A stretch of DNA of 64,000 nt from contig CAWAGQ010000003.1 of NCBI GenBank assembly GCA_963781585.1, positions 160,001 through 224,000 of the forward strand, written 5' to 3'. The position numbers were made by a program, and so were the translations under genes. The notes under the pieces are model-generated. The model had not been told where the DNA came from. It made no database searches and saw only the letters and a program-made list of their open reading frames with translations. This document shows, in pieces, positions 1 to 9,311 of the stretch (the stretch's first letter is position 1; each line of letters starts with the position of its first letter). Origin of the DNA: an uncultured Gemmatimonadaceae bacterium (GTDB lineage: Bacteria; Gemmatimonadota; Gemmatimonadetes; Gemmatimonadales; Gemmatimonadaceae).

Positions 1-954
1 GACGATGAGGTGCTGATCCGGGTTCGCCGCGCCGGGGTCTGCGGAACCGACGTGCACATTTACGAGTGGGACGACTGGGCGCGGGGGCGCTGCAAGCCGC
101 CGTTCGTGGTGGGGCACGAGTTTGCCGGTGACGTGGTGACGGCGGGGAATCTGGTCACCGACGTCAAGGTGGGAGATCGCGTGACCGCGGAGGGTCACAT
201 CGTCTGCGGGCGTTGCCTGCTCTGTCGAACGGGGAACTCGCACGTCTGCCCGTACACGAGGATCATCGGCGTCGACCGCGACGGGTGCTTTGCCGAGTTC
301 ATCGCGATGCCGGCAATCAACGTCTGGCATCTGGATGACAGCATCTCGTACGAGGTGGGAGGCATTCACGATCCCATGGGAAATGCCTTTCACACCGCGC
401 TCACCGCCGAGATTCCGGGTGCCACGGTGCTGATCACGGGATGCGGGCCGATCGGCATCTTCGCCGCCGGTATCTGTCGGGCAGCCGGCGCCTCGCGGGT
501 GATCGCATCGGACGTCAACGATCGGCGGCTCGCCCTGGCGGAGCGAATGGGGGCGCACGATGTGGTGCACCCGGAAGCGGTGGAGGAGGCTGTGAAGCGG
601 GCGACCGCGGGACTCGGCGTGGACGTGGTGCTGGAGATGTCGGGGGTGCCCGCCGCGATCCATCAGGGCTTCGCGCTGGTGCGTGTTGGCGGTCGAGTGC
701 AGATGCTCGGCATTCCCGCGCGTCCCCTGGAATTCAATCTCGCCAACGAGATCATCTTCAAGGGACTGACAATCTACGGCGTGGTGGGCCGGCGGATGTA
801 CGAGACCTGGCACCAGATGACGCGCTTCCTGCTTTCCGGGGAGTTCGATCCCACGCCGGTCATTACGCATCGCTTCCCGCTCGAAGCCGCCGATGAAGCG
901 ATGCGGGTGATCCAGAGTGGCGAAGCGGGCAAGGTGGTATTCGAGGTCGCGTAA
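1..954 (+). CDS. tdh: L-threonine 3-dehydrogenase (5' end lies outside the window)
   Basis: Zn-dependent MDR motifs CGTDVH, GHEFAG, CGRCLLC...C and GCGPIG; lies directly before kbl; frame is open from base 1. Confidence 0.93.
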   Translation, partial: DDEVLIRVRRAGVCGTDVHIYEWDDWARGRCKPPFVVGHEFAGDVVTAGNLVTDVKVGDRVTAEGHIVCGRCLLCRTGNSHVCPYTRIIGVDRDGCFAEFIAMPAINVWHLDDSISYEVGGIHDPMGNAFHTALTAEIPGATVLITGCGPIGIFAAGICRAAGASRVIASDVNDRRLALAERMGAHDVVHPEAVEEAVKRATAGLGVDVVLEMSGVPAAIHQGFALVRVGGRVQMLGIPARPLEFNLANEIIFKGLTIYGVVGRRMYETWHQMTRFLLSGEFDPTPVITHRFPLEAADEAMRVIQSGEAGKVVFEVA

Positions 955-988
955 CTTCCACCAGTCGGCGACCAGCGGAGGTTTGATC

Positions 989-2194
989 GTGAGTCTGAAC
1001 GGGGGGTTTCGCGAAGATCTGAAGGCAAAGATCCGCCAGCTCAAGGCGGACCGTGTCTACAAGCGCCTCAACTACCTCTCCTCGCCGCAGTCGGCGCACG
1101 TAACGATGGAAGGACGGGGAGACGTGCTGATTCTGTCCTCCAACAACTATCTGGGCCTGTCGGACGAGCCGGAGGTTGTCGAGGCCGGACATGAGGGGCT
1201 GCGGAAGTACGGCGCGGGAACCGGGAGCGTCCGGTTCATCTGCGGCACGTTCGCGGTCCACCGGGAGTTGGAGCAGGCGCTGGCGCGGTTCGTGGGATGC
1301 GAGGCGTCGATGAGTTTCGTGTCATGCTGGAACGCCAACGAGGGGCTGACGCCGACGGTGCTGGAGGAAGGGGACGTGGTTCTGTCGGACGAGTTGAATC
1401 ATGCGTCCATCATCGACTCGATCCGGCTGGCGAAGTCGATAACGAAGTGCATGTCGGTGGTATTCAAGCACGGCGACATGGACGACCTGCGGGCCAAGCT
1501 GGCGGCGAATCGGGGGTCCAAGCGGAAGCTCATCTGGACCGATGGCGTGTTCTCGATGGAAGGGAGCGTGTGTCGCCTCCCCGACCTGCTCGAGATCGCA
1601 AGAGCGCACGATGCGGTGCTGGCGGTGGACGACTCGCACTCAACTGGAGTGCTGGGGAAGACGGGCCGGGGTACGGCGGAGCACTTCGGGGTGCTGGGGG
1701 AGGTGGACGTGATCACGTCGACATTGGGCAAGGCGTTAGGCGGCGCGGCGGGCGGGTTCGTGGCGGGACCGGACGTTCTCTGTGACATGCTGACGCAGCG
1801 CTCCCGTCCGCAGCTGTTCTCCAACGCCCTGCCGCCCACGGTGGCGTCGAGCGCCCTGGCCGCGGTGCGTTTCATCGAGAATCACCCGGAACGCGTGGAA
1901 CGCCTTCGCGAGAACACCCGCTACTTCCGTGCCGCCATCTCCGACGCCGGATTCAAGCCGCTTCCCGGGGAGACGCCGATCGTGCCGATCATCGTGGGCG
2001 ACACGGCGAAGGCGATCGAGATGAGCGACCTGATGCTGGGCGAGGGCATCTTCGTCACGGGGTTCGGCTATCCGGTGGTTCCGCAGGGAACCGCCCGCGT
2101 CCGGTGCCAGCTGTCGGCCGCACACACGCCCGATGACCTGGACTTCGCGGTGCGCGTATTCAAGAAGGTGGGAACGAAGCTGGGAATCGTGTAG
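989..2194 (+). CDS. kbl: Glycine C-acetyltransferase (2-amino-3-ketobutyrate CoA ligase)
   Basis: SNNYLGL, SVRFICGT, SDELNHASIID, DDSH and TLGKALGG (PLP Lys); GTG start at 989 with GGAG upstream; paired with tdh. Confidence 0.92.
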   Translation: MSLNGGFREDLKAKIRQLKADRVYKRLNYLSSPQSAHVTMEGRGDVLILSSNNYLGLSDEPEVVEAGHEGLRKYGAGTGSVRFICGTFAVHRELEQALARFVGCEASMSFVSCWNANEGLTPTVLEEGDVVLSDELNHASIIDSIRLAKSITKCMSVVFKHGDMDDLRAKLAANRGSKRKLIWTDGVFSMEGSVCRLPDLLEIARAHDAVLAVDDSHSTGVLGKTGRGTAEHFGVLGEVDVITSTLGKALGGAAGGFVAGPDVLCDMLTQRSRPQLFSNALPPTVASSALAAVRFIENHPERVERLRENTRYFRAAISDAGFKPLPGETPIVPIIVGDTAKAIEMSDLMLGEGIFVTGFGYPVVPQGTARVRCQLSAAHTPDDLDFAVRVFKKVGTKLGIV

Positions 2195-2452
2195 CCGCCC
2201 CGGCGGGCCGTCGCCCCCGGAGTGTGACGCAGGCTACAAAGGGCCTGTCAGCGGGCGTGACCACCTCGTTTGCATCCTCGTCCCTCCCATGAGCCTGCGG
2301 GGGCCGCTGGCGCCTGCCACGCGGCTCCCCCGACCTGTTCTCGTGTCGCGCCGATCGGGGCTCGCGAATCGGTGTTGCACGCGCTGCTCGACGGAGTGAC
2401 GCCCGTCCAGTGCGCACACACAACCTAACGCGCGTCATCTGAGGCTCAGCGT

Positions 2453-3121
2453 ATGCGCATGGCTTGCACGGCCGCCAAGGTATTCGCCGGTGTCGCCCTT
2501 CTCCCAGGGCTCGTGTTCGCCCAGGCGAACCGGTCGGCGAACTCGTTCAATGATTCGTGGTTCTGGGGCGTGAGCGGCGGCGTCATGCTGTTCAAGGCCG
2601 GCGTCGACCGGAGCACGCAGATCACCGCGCCCAGCGTAGGCGGCGAATGGCTCATCACGCGCACCCGCGTGGGGCTGCGGCTGTCGGTGGAACAGGCGTT
2701 CTTCAATGAACAGGCAGGCATCTTCGATCCCTCGTCGTCCGGCGGCGTGCGAGAGATCGATGTCAAGAATTGGCGCCGGTACAGCGGAGAGATCTACTTC
2801 TTCCCCGTCACCGACGGCAACCTGCGCCCGTACGCGGGCCTGGGCGTGGCGCTGAACGTCATCCAGAATTCGGTGCCCACGGGGTCGTTCTCGTCCGAGG
2901 GTCAGATGGATTCGGTGTTCGCCTCGGTCAACGAATTCAGCAGCCGCTCGTCGGCCGTCTTCACGGTGGGTGCGCAGATGGGTTTCAATCGCTCGGCCCT
3001 TTTCGTGCAGGCCAGCGCGATGCCCACCGGCGGGAACTTCCTGCTCAACCGCTCGCACTACACCTACATGGCGCAGGGCGGTATTCGTTACAACTTCGGA
3101 AACGCCATCGACAAGTTCTAG
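2453..3121 (+). CDS. Exported outer-membrane beta-barrel-like protein
   Basis: Signal peptide ending in VFA-Q; alternating aromatic beta-strands, RPYAGLG, C-terminal GGIRYNF. Confidence 0.7.
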   Translation: MRMACTAAKVFAGVALLPGLVFAQANRSANSFNDSWFWGVSGGVMLFKAGVDRSTQITAPSVGGEWLITRTRVGLRLSVEQAFFNEQAGIFDPSSSGGVREIDVKNWRRYSGEIYFFPVTDGNLRPYAGLGVALNVIQNSVPTGSFSSEGQMDSVFASVNEFSSRSSAVFTVGAQMGFNRSALFVQASAMPTGGNFLLNRSHYTYMAQGGIRYNFGNAIDKF

Positions 3122-3181
3122 CGGCGTCGGAGGGCTGCGGGTCGCCGCCACCTTCCGTCATGCGAGCGAAAAATCGAGAGG

Positions 3182-3844
3182 CTAGCGCACGCGCCCCTGC
3201 CCCGGTCCGTTCCGGACCGCGGCCGGGGCGCGTGACACATAGGGGCTCGAGCTGACGTAAAACCGCAGTGGCCAATCGGCTGCCAGCCTGATGCCGATGC
3301 GCGCAGACACTTCCACCTGCGCATCCGGGACCGGTACGCCTTCGAGAATCCGCAGCGAACCGCGCTGGAGCGGAGCACCGTTCAGGCGACCGTCGATCGC
3401 CAGGGCCGCACACAGCCTGGCCGGGCCGCTCGTGAGCTCACGATCCGGCACCGCACCGCGGCGCGCGCGCATGAGATCGAATCCGGCAAGCGGCTCGAGC
3501 GCCCTGATGAGGACCGCGCTCCCATGACCGGCTTCCCGCGTGACCGCGTTGACGCACCAATGCATGCCGTAGATGAAATAGACATAGGCCGTACCGGGAG
3601 GGCCGAACAGGGGCCGGTTCCGCCTGGTCAGCCCGACGGCGGCGTGACAGGCAGGATCGTGCGGGCCCAGATAGGCCTCGGTCTCGACGATGCGCCCGGA
3701 CGCGATACCGTCCGCTGTGCGGGATTCGAGCACGGCGCCCAGCAGGTCACGCGCCACACCCTCCGTCGCGCGGTCATAGAACGCGGGGAGAATGGGGACG
3801 GCCCTGGCGGCGCGCCGCGCACCCAGCGCGGCGCGCGCCATCAT
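3182..3844 (-). CDS. DNA-3-methyladenine glycosylase (MPG/AAG family)
   Basis: GRIVETEAY, AYVYFIYGMHWCVN, AVLIRALEP, SGPARLC, RIGI. Confidence 0.93.
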   Translation of the reverse strand: MMARAALGARRAARAVPILPAFYDRATEGVARDLLGAVLESRTADGIASGRIVETEAYLGPHDPACHAAVGLTRRNRPLFGPPGTAYVYFIYGMHWCVNAVTREAGHGSAVLIRALEPLAGFDLMRARRGAVPDRELTSGPARLCAALAIDGRLNGAPLQRGSLRILEGVPVPDAQVEVSARIGIRLAADWPLRFYVSSSPYVSRAPAAVRNGPGQGRVR

Positions 3845-5592
3845 GCGGCTGCGTCCTTCGGAGTGCTCTTCTTCGACCGGGATCGCCTGGGCTTGGACTT
3901 GGCCTTCTCCCCGGTTGCGCTCTTTGCGGCGTCGGGTCCCTCCGGCGCCGCCGCGGACTCACCCTTGGCTGCGGACGCGACTCGCGCGCGCCCCTTCCCA
4001 CCGCGGCGTGTCCTGGTACGGGGCTTCGCCCCAGCCACCGCTTCCCCTTCCACCGGTGCCGCCTCGGCGACGGCAGGCACGTCGACAACCCCCACCGAAA
4101 GCAGTTCAGGCGGCGGCGCCGACGGGCGCGCACCCGGGCGGCCACGTCCCGGGATTCCGCGGGGACCCATGCCCCGAGGGGCGGGAGCGGCTGCCGTCTG
4201 AGATGGCTGGGCGGATGCGCGAGCAGCCGCGGCCCGATTCAACTGCTCCGCCACCGGAGCTACATCCGCGGGAAGGGCAACTTCATAGTCATCCCCACGG
4301 CGACGGAGATCGATGATCTCGGCGTCGTGCGCGTCGCGGAGCACGCGAGCAAAGTTCCGTTCGCTCAGGCTCTCGCTGTCGCGGCCGAGCAAATCGAAGG
4401 CCCGCCGCCGGAGCGCCACTGCCGGCACCGAGCCGCCATCGGCGATCAGCGCCGCCGTGGTGCGGCGGAGCAGATCGAAGGCCTCCTCTCTCGTCAGGCG
4501 TTCGCCGCCGAGGCCGATCCCGTCGCTGGCTCCGGCGGACACCGCTGTTGCCGCTGGCGCCGGGGTCGAGGCTTCCGCCACTTCGGGAGCGGCCGCCGCG
4601 GCAATCGGCGGAAGGGCCGCACGCTCCTCGCGCTCACGCCCCGGCCCGCGGTCCCGTCCGCCCCGGCGTCCACGCCGGGTTCCCCGCTCCTCACGATCAC
4701 GCGGCTCGGATCCCCGTCCTCCGGGAGGCCGGTGCGATGCGGATGGTTGCGCTCCCCCACCAACGCGATGCGGATGTTCGGACGGCGCAACTTCGAGCTG
4801 GCCGTTCTCCATCTTCGTCACCTTGATGAGTCCCTGCGCCGCCGCCTCCTGACAGAACCGCGAGAACTTCGACATGCCGAGATTCTTCTCGTCGAACCCG
4901 GGGTCGATGTCCTGCATGACCTGCTTGAGGCGATCCGAGCGCATCACGTCGCCGTTCTTCACCATGCGATTGATGGCTTCGGTGACGAGCTCCCAGGGAT
5001 CCCACTTCACGACTTCATCCTCGCCAGCCTTCACCAGCCCGGCCAGGGCGTTGTAGCTGTAATACTCGTCGCAGTTCATGACCAGCAGGTCGCTCGACGA
5101 CTCCCGGATCCCGACACCGATGACGTACTTGCCGTATTCCTTGAGCTTCGTCACCAGACTGGCGAAGTCGGAATCGCCGGAGAGCAGGATGTAGGTTCCG
5201 ATTTCCGAACGCGTGAAGACCAGCTCCATGGCGTCGACCGACAGCCGGATGTCGGTCGCGTTCTTCTTCGACGTCCCATAGGCAGGCGCCATGATCATGT
5301 CGATCGACGCCTCTGCGAGCGGAACGATGTACTGGGGATAGCGGCGCCAGTCAGCGTAGGCGCGCTGCACGGCGACTTTGCCCTTGATGATTTCCGAGCC
5401 GAGGAGGTTGCGGAGTTCACCCGCCAGGTCGGAGCGGATCCCCATCGTCACGTTGTCGAAGTCGATGAGGAGGGCGGCGTTTGGTGCGTGTTGAACCGGG
5501 AGTTGGGAGAGTTGAGGTAGGGCTTGCGGACCCCGATGTATGGGGGTGACCGGCGCGCGCGATGGCGTGTGCCGTGGTAGGCGTTGGTTCAT
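3841..5592 (-). CDS. NYN (LabA/DUF88 PIN-like) domain protein with LOTUS/OST-HTH domains and a low-complexity basic tail
   Basis: LIDFDN, RAYADW, KNATDIRL, LLSGDSDF; LOTUS-like DPGFDEKNLGMSKFSRF; start taken at MNQRL (5592). Confidence 0.85.
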   Translation of the reverse strand: MNQRLPRHTPSRAPVTPIHRGPQALPQLSQLPVQHAPNAALLIDFDNVTMGIRSDLAGELRNLLGSEIIKGKVAVQRAYADWRRYPQYIVPLAEASIDMIMAPAYGTSKKNATDIRLSVDAMELVFTRSEIGTYILLSGDSDFASLVTKLKEYGKYVIGVGIRESSSDLLVMNCDEYYSYNALAGLVKAGEDEVVKWDPWELVTEAINRMVKNGDVMRSDRLKQVMQDIDPGFDEKNLGMSKFSRFCQEAAAQGLIKVTKMENGQLEVAPSEHPHRVGGGAQPSASHRPPGGRGSEPRDREERGTRRGRRGGRDRGPGREREERAALPPIAAAAAPEVAEASTPAPAATAVSAGASDGIGLGGERLTREEAFDLLRRTTAALIADGGSVPAVALRRRAFDLLGRDSESLSERNFARVLRDAHDAEIIDLRRRGDDYEVALPADVAPVAEQLNRAAAARASAQPSQTAAAPAPRGMGPRGIPGRGRPGARPSAPPPELLSVGVVDVPAVAEAAPVEGEAVAGAKPRTRTRRGGKGRARVASAAKGESAAAPEGPDAAKSATGEKAKSKPRRSRSKKSTPKDAAA

Positions 5593-5952
5593 GTCGTGTG
5601 GTGAGCTGCGGTGTGTGTTGAAAGCGCGCATCTGCGCGTCGTGCCCCGTCACACTCTCCGGCGTCACCTGCAAACGGTGGTTCCCGGGAACGTGCGACGA
5701 AGGCATGGGATCCCAGACTGGCTCCCGGCATGCCCCTCTGCGGGCCATTGTCAAACCGGGTCACCAGCCTCCGGCCGGATCCCATTCACGCTCACCGACT
5801 CCCCACGTCGTCGTGGAAACATCGATGTCGCAAAGGGTTCGAGGCTCGGCGCGACTAGCCTATCAGCTCGCTTTGCCGCTCGCGCAGGCCCCGCTGACCC
5901 GGACGGATGGAGGTTAATGTAACACGTCTCCCGCTGGCACGCACCGACCAGT

Positions 5953-6375
5953 TCAGACCCCCATCGCCTTCAGGATAACGCGCTTGGGGCGCTGCCCGTC
6001 CCATTCCCCGTAGAAGACGCGCTGCCACGGACCGAAGTCCAGACGACCGCCGGTCACCGGCACGATCACCTCATGTCCGATGGTCAGGCTGCGCAAATGC
6101 GCGGCCGCATTGTCCTCGCCGGTGCCCGAGTTGTGGCGATACCGCTCCGGATCCCATGGCGCGATTCGACTCTCCAGCCAGTCGAGTATGTCCTTCCAGA
6201 GGCCAGGTTCGTGGTCGTTCACGAACACGCTGGCGGAGATGTGCATCGCGGAGACGAGGACAAATCCCTCGGCGATCCCGGCCTCGGATCGACACTCCTC
6301 GACCGAGTCGGTGATGTCGATGATCTCCTGGCGTTTCCTGGTATTGAACGTCAGGTACGCGGTGTGAGTCTTCAT
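5953..6375 (-). CDS. yjbQ: YjbQ/UPF0047 family protein
   Basis: HISASVFVND, EDNAAAHL, LDFGPWQRVFYGEWDG. Confidence 0.88.
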   Translation of the reverse strand: MKTHTAYLTFNTRKRQEIIDITDSVEECRSEAGIAEGFVLVSAMHISASVFVNDHEPGLWKDILDWLESRIAPWDPERYRHNSGTGEDNAAAHLRSLTIGHEVIVPVTGGRLDFGPWQRVFYGEWDGQRPKRVILKAMGV

Positions 6376-6533
6376 GGCCCTCCCAGAAGGTGGCTCTTGC
6401 ATGCGGAAAACGGTTGAACCGGCCGCCTGGATCGGGAAGAGACGCTTGATTGCCGGGAGTTGACGGCGACAGTCTCGGCCGTTCTCCTCAGCCTTCCGCA
6501 GCGTATCTTGGGACCGGCTGCCCAGGGGTGTCC

Positions 6534-7793
6534 ATGTTGCGGCAACTCGCGTTTCGCAAGCGTCTCCTCGTCGTTCTTTCACTGTTTGCGCTGGTGCCTG
6601 CCATCGCGATGACGGTCGCGTGGGCAGTTGCCGTTCGCACCGTCCTGCTCAAGGTCTCGGAGAACGCGGCGTGGGAGCAGGTTGCGTCTTCCGGCGCGCG
6701 CGCGCTCGATTCGCTGCGCGGAGCACCGCTCTCGTCCGGTCAGCGCGCGGCCCTCAGAGCCCATGAGCAGAACCTGGCGCAGTCGGTCACCCAGGCGCGC
6801 CGATTCGACTTCGTGGCGGTGCGATTCGCCAGGGTGATGATAGTGGGAGCGATTGTCGGACTCGTGCTGCTGGGGGTGCTCGCGTCGCGGGTGGCCGGGC
6901 ATCTCAGCCGGCAGATGAGTCGGCCCCTGAACGAGCTGCTGGGATGGGCCGAACTGATCGCCCGGGGCGCCTCTCTTCCGGCCGAGACTCCACTGCGAGG
7001 CGCGCCGGAGTTCAAGGTGCTGCGCGAGCGCATGCGGACCATGGCAGTGGAGCTCGCCGATGGGCGGGTTCGCGCACTCGAGGCCGAGCGGCTGGGCGCC
7101 TTTCGCGAGAGCGCGCGCCGATTCGCGCACGAATTGAAGAACCCGCTCACGCCGATCCAGTTTGCGCTTGCCCGGCTCGAGCGCGAAGTCCCTCCGGAGC
7201 TTGCCGACACGGTGGACGTCCTTCGGACCGAGACCGGGCGTCTCAACGAGATGTCGAAGAATTTCTCGCAATTCGGCCGGCTGCCCGGAGGGCCGGTTTC
7301 AGAAGTGGATATCGGCGACCTGGTTCGGTACGGCGTTCGGGCAGTGGTGCCGCCCGATCTTTCCGTCTTCATCGAAGTGCCGCCGAATCCGGTCGTCGTG
7401 CGCGGGCAGCACGATGCGCTCCAGCGGGCGCTCACGAACATCCTGCTCAACGCGGTTGACGCCTGCTCGGCGTCGAGCAGCAATGGTGACGGTTCCGGGC
7501 ATCGGGGAGCGATCCACGTCACGGTGGAACTCAGTCCGTTGGGCGGCGGGGAGGGGGTCGCGATCCGGGTTCGGGACACGGGGTGCGGGATTCCGCCGGA
7601 GCGAATCGAAAGCATCTGGGATCCGTACGTGACAAGCAAGCCCGGGGGCACTGGTCTCGGGCTGGCTATCGCGCGACAGACGATCCTGGCACATCATGGG
7701 AGCGTGGCGGCCGAAAGCGCGCCCGGCAGGGGAACGGAGATTCGCCTGGTGCTCCCGGTGGCGGCCGATTCACACCTCAACGTCGAGGCATGA
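6534..7793 (+). CDS. Membrane sensor histidine kinase, NtrY-like (2 TM, HAMP, HisKA, HATPase)
   Basis: H-box FAHELKNPLTPIQ, N-box NILLNAVDA, DTGCGI, GTGLGLAI; two hydrophobic segments. Confidence 0.92.
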   Translation: MLRQLAFRKRLLVVLSLFALVPAIAMTVAWAVAVRTVLLKVSENAAWEQVASSGARALDSLRGAPLSSGQRAALRAHEQNLAQSVTQARRFDFVAVRFARVMIVGAIVGLVLLGVLASRVAGHLSRQMSRPLNELLGWAELIARGASLPAETPLRGAPEFKVLRERMRTMAVELADGRVRALEAERLGAFRESARRFAHELKNPLTPIQFALARLEREVPPELADTVDVLRTETGRLNEMSKNFSQFGRLPGGPVSEVDIGDLVRYGVRAVVPPDLSVFIEVPPNPVVVRGQHDALQRALTNILLNAVDACSASSSNGDGSGHRGAIHVTVELSPLGGGEGVAIRVRDTGCGIPPERIESIWDPYVTSKPGGTGLGLAIARQTILAHHGSVAAESAPGRGTEIRLVLPVAADSHLNVEA

Positions 7794-7797
7794 CCTG

Positions 7798-8091
7798 GTG
7801 ATCTCACCGTTCCTCGTTCCGATCGTGTTCTTCATCTCGCTGCCGGTGACCATCATCGGGGTCATGCTTGCCAGAACACATGCGCGCCGGGTGGAGCAGC
7901 GAGGCACGGGAAGGGAGCTGGGTCCAGAACTCGCGGAGCGTCTGGACCGTATGGAACAGGCCGTGGATGCGATCGCGGTGGAGGTCGAGCGCATCTCCGA
8001 GGCACAACGATTCACGACCCGGCTACTGGCGGGTCGGAGCGAATCACAGGGTCAACGCATCGAGGGGCCGTCATCCGGAGGAAACCGGTGA
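7798..8091 (+). CDS. Small single-TM coiled-coil protein, paralog 1 of 4
   Basis: GTG start just after the kinase stop; N-terminal TM followed by RLDRMEQAVDAIAVEVERISEAQRFTTRLL. Confidence 0.8.
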   Translation: MISPFLVPIVFFISLPVTIIGVMLARTHARRVEQRGTGRELGPELAERLDRMEQAVDAIAVEVERISEAQRFTTRLLAGRSESQGQRIEGPSSGGNR

Positions 8092-8372
8092 ACGAAGACA
8101 TTGTCATCCCAATCGCCGGAATGCTCATGATCATCATTCTGGCGCTGGGCGTCCCGCTGGTCGTGTCTCACGTCAGGCGGACGTCAGCCCGCGACTCAGT
8201 GCGGGGGGAGCCGCGGGACGAGGGGCGACTGGAGCGTATCGAGCAGGCGATCGATGCGATGTCGATCGAGATGGAACGTATTTCGGAGGGCCAGCGGTTC
8301 ATCACCAAGGTGCTCGCCGAGCGTTCGCCCGAGCCGGTGGCGATACCCGCCGCCACCCGCCGGAACGCGTGA
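8088..8372 (+). CDS. Small single-TM coiled-coil protein, paralog 2 of 4
   Basis: GTGA overlap with paralog 1 and GGAGG RBS; TM followed by RLERIEQAIDAMSIEMERISEGQRFITKVL. Confidence 0.85.
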   Translation: MNEDIVIPIAGMLMIIILALGVPLVVSHVRRTSARDSVRGEPRDEGRLERIEQAIDAMSIEMERISEGQRFITKVLAERSPEPVAIPAATRRNA

Positions 8373-8385
8373 ACTTCGAGGTCGC

Positions 8386-8679
8386 ATGTTGATTCAGGGC
8401 GAAGACATCGCGATGGCGGCGATCATCCTCGGCACCGCCAGCGCGACCATCATTTCCCTCGCGCGGTTCTGGTTCAAGCGCCTGGAAATACGTGACCGGG
8501 CGCGAACCGGCGCGGGCGACGTGGACGACCGACTGCTCCGCATCGAGCAGGCGGTGGACGCCATCGCGATCGAAGTCGAGCGCGTGTCGGAAGCACAGCG
8601 ATTTACCACGAAGATGCTGGCTGAAAGGCTGCCCGCGGCCGCCTTGCCAAGCGAGACATCAAGGAGAAGTCCGTCATGA
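8386..8679 (+). CDS. Small single-TM coiled-coil protein, paralog 3 of 4
   Basis: ATG at 8386 with GAGG upstream; TM followed by RLLRIEQAVDAIAIEVERVSEAQRFTTKML. Confidence 0.85.
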   Translation: MLIQGEDIAMAAIILGTASATIISLARFWFKRLEIRDRARTGAGDVDDRLLRIEQAVDAIAIEVERVSEAQRFTTKMLAERLPAAALPSETSRRSPS

Positions 8680-9299
8680 CGCAGGCCACAACCGCGCAGG
8701 CCACACCGCAGGCACCCACGCCGCCGGCGACGCCGGCGCAAACGCTCGATCAACAGATCGAGAAGACGGTCAATGACGCGGTCAACCAGGCGCTGCAGGG
8801 CGCGCAAGCCGGCGCAAACGGGGCCGAGGCGGGTCGGCTGGCAGCTCAGCGCGTGAAGGAGGCGATGGCGCGGGTGCGGGCCGAGATGGACGCGCGGGCC
8901 AACGGCGGGATTGCCGGTGTGGCGCAGGGGCCGGTGTTTCCGGCCGATGTGATCCCGCCGCAGGTCGTGGACATCACCACCGCCTTCTTCATCACCGTGG
9001 CGGTAATCGTCATCGGACTTCCGTTGGCACGGGCGATTGCACGAAGGATGGATCGCCGGGGCGCGCGGGAGGCGGTGGCACCACCACCCGAACTGGCGTC
9101 GCGGCTGGACCGGATCGAGCAGGGGATCGAGGCGATGGCGATCGAAGTGGAGCGAATCTCCGAAGGCCAGCGTTTCGCGACGCGGCTGATGTCGGAGATG
9201 CGGGGCCTGCCGGCGCCGAACCCGATGGCTGGACGAATGGCGCGCCCGGCGAACGAGGCGGAGCCGATTCCGGAACCGGCGGCCGAGCGCCGCGCCTAA
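8676..9299 (+). CDS. Single-TM coiled-coil protein with an N-terminal extension, paralog 4 of 4
   Basis: ATGA overlap and AGGAG RBS; ~100-aa Ala/Gln-rich N-terminus, then TM, then RLDRIEQGIEAMAIEVERISEGQRFATRLM. Confidence 0.85.
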   Translation: MTQATTAQATPQAPTPPATPAQTLDQQIEKTVNDAVNQALQGAQAGANGAEAGRLAAQRVKEAMARVRAEMDARANGGIAGVAQGPVFPADVIPPQVVDITTAFFITVAVIVIGLPLARAIARRMDRRGAREAVAPPPELASRLDRIEQGIEAMAIEVERISEGQRFATRLMSEMRGLPAPNPMAGRMARPANEAEPIPEPAAERRA

Positions 9300-9311
9300 C
9301 GAACTGCGGGC

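Noticed and set aside
9024..9041. Sigma54-like promoter TTGGCACGGGCGATTGCA upstream of the regulator
   Set aside because: GG-to-GC spacing is 11 nt rather than the required 10, and it lies inside a coding region
7930..9200. Repeated DNA (gagcaggcg...gcgatcga...gagcg) as a CRISPR-like array
   Set aside because: The repeats are the coding motif of four paralogs, vary at third codon positions and are spaced about 300-600 nt apart; no cas genes
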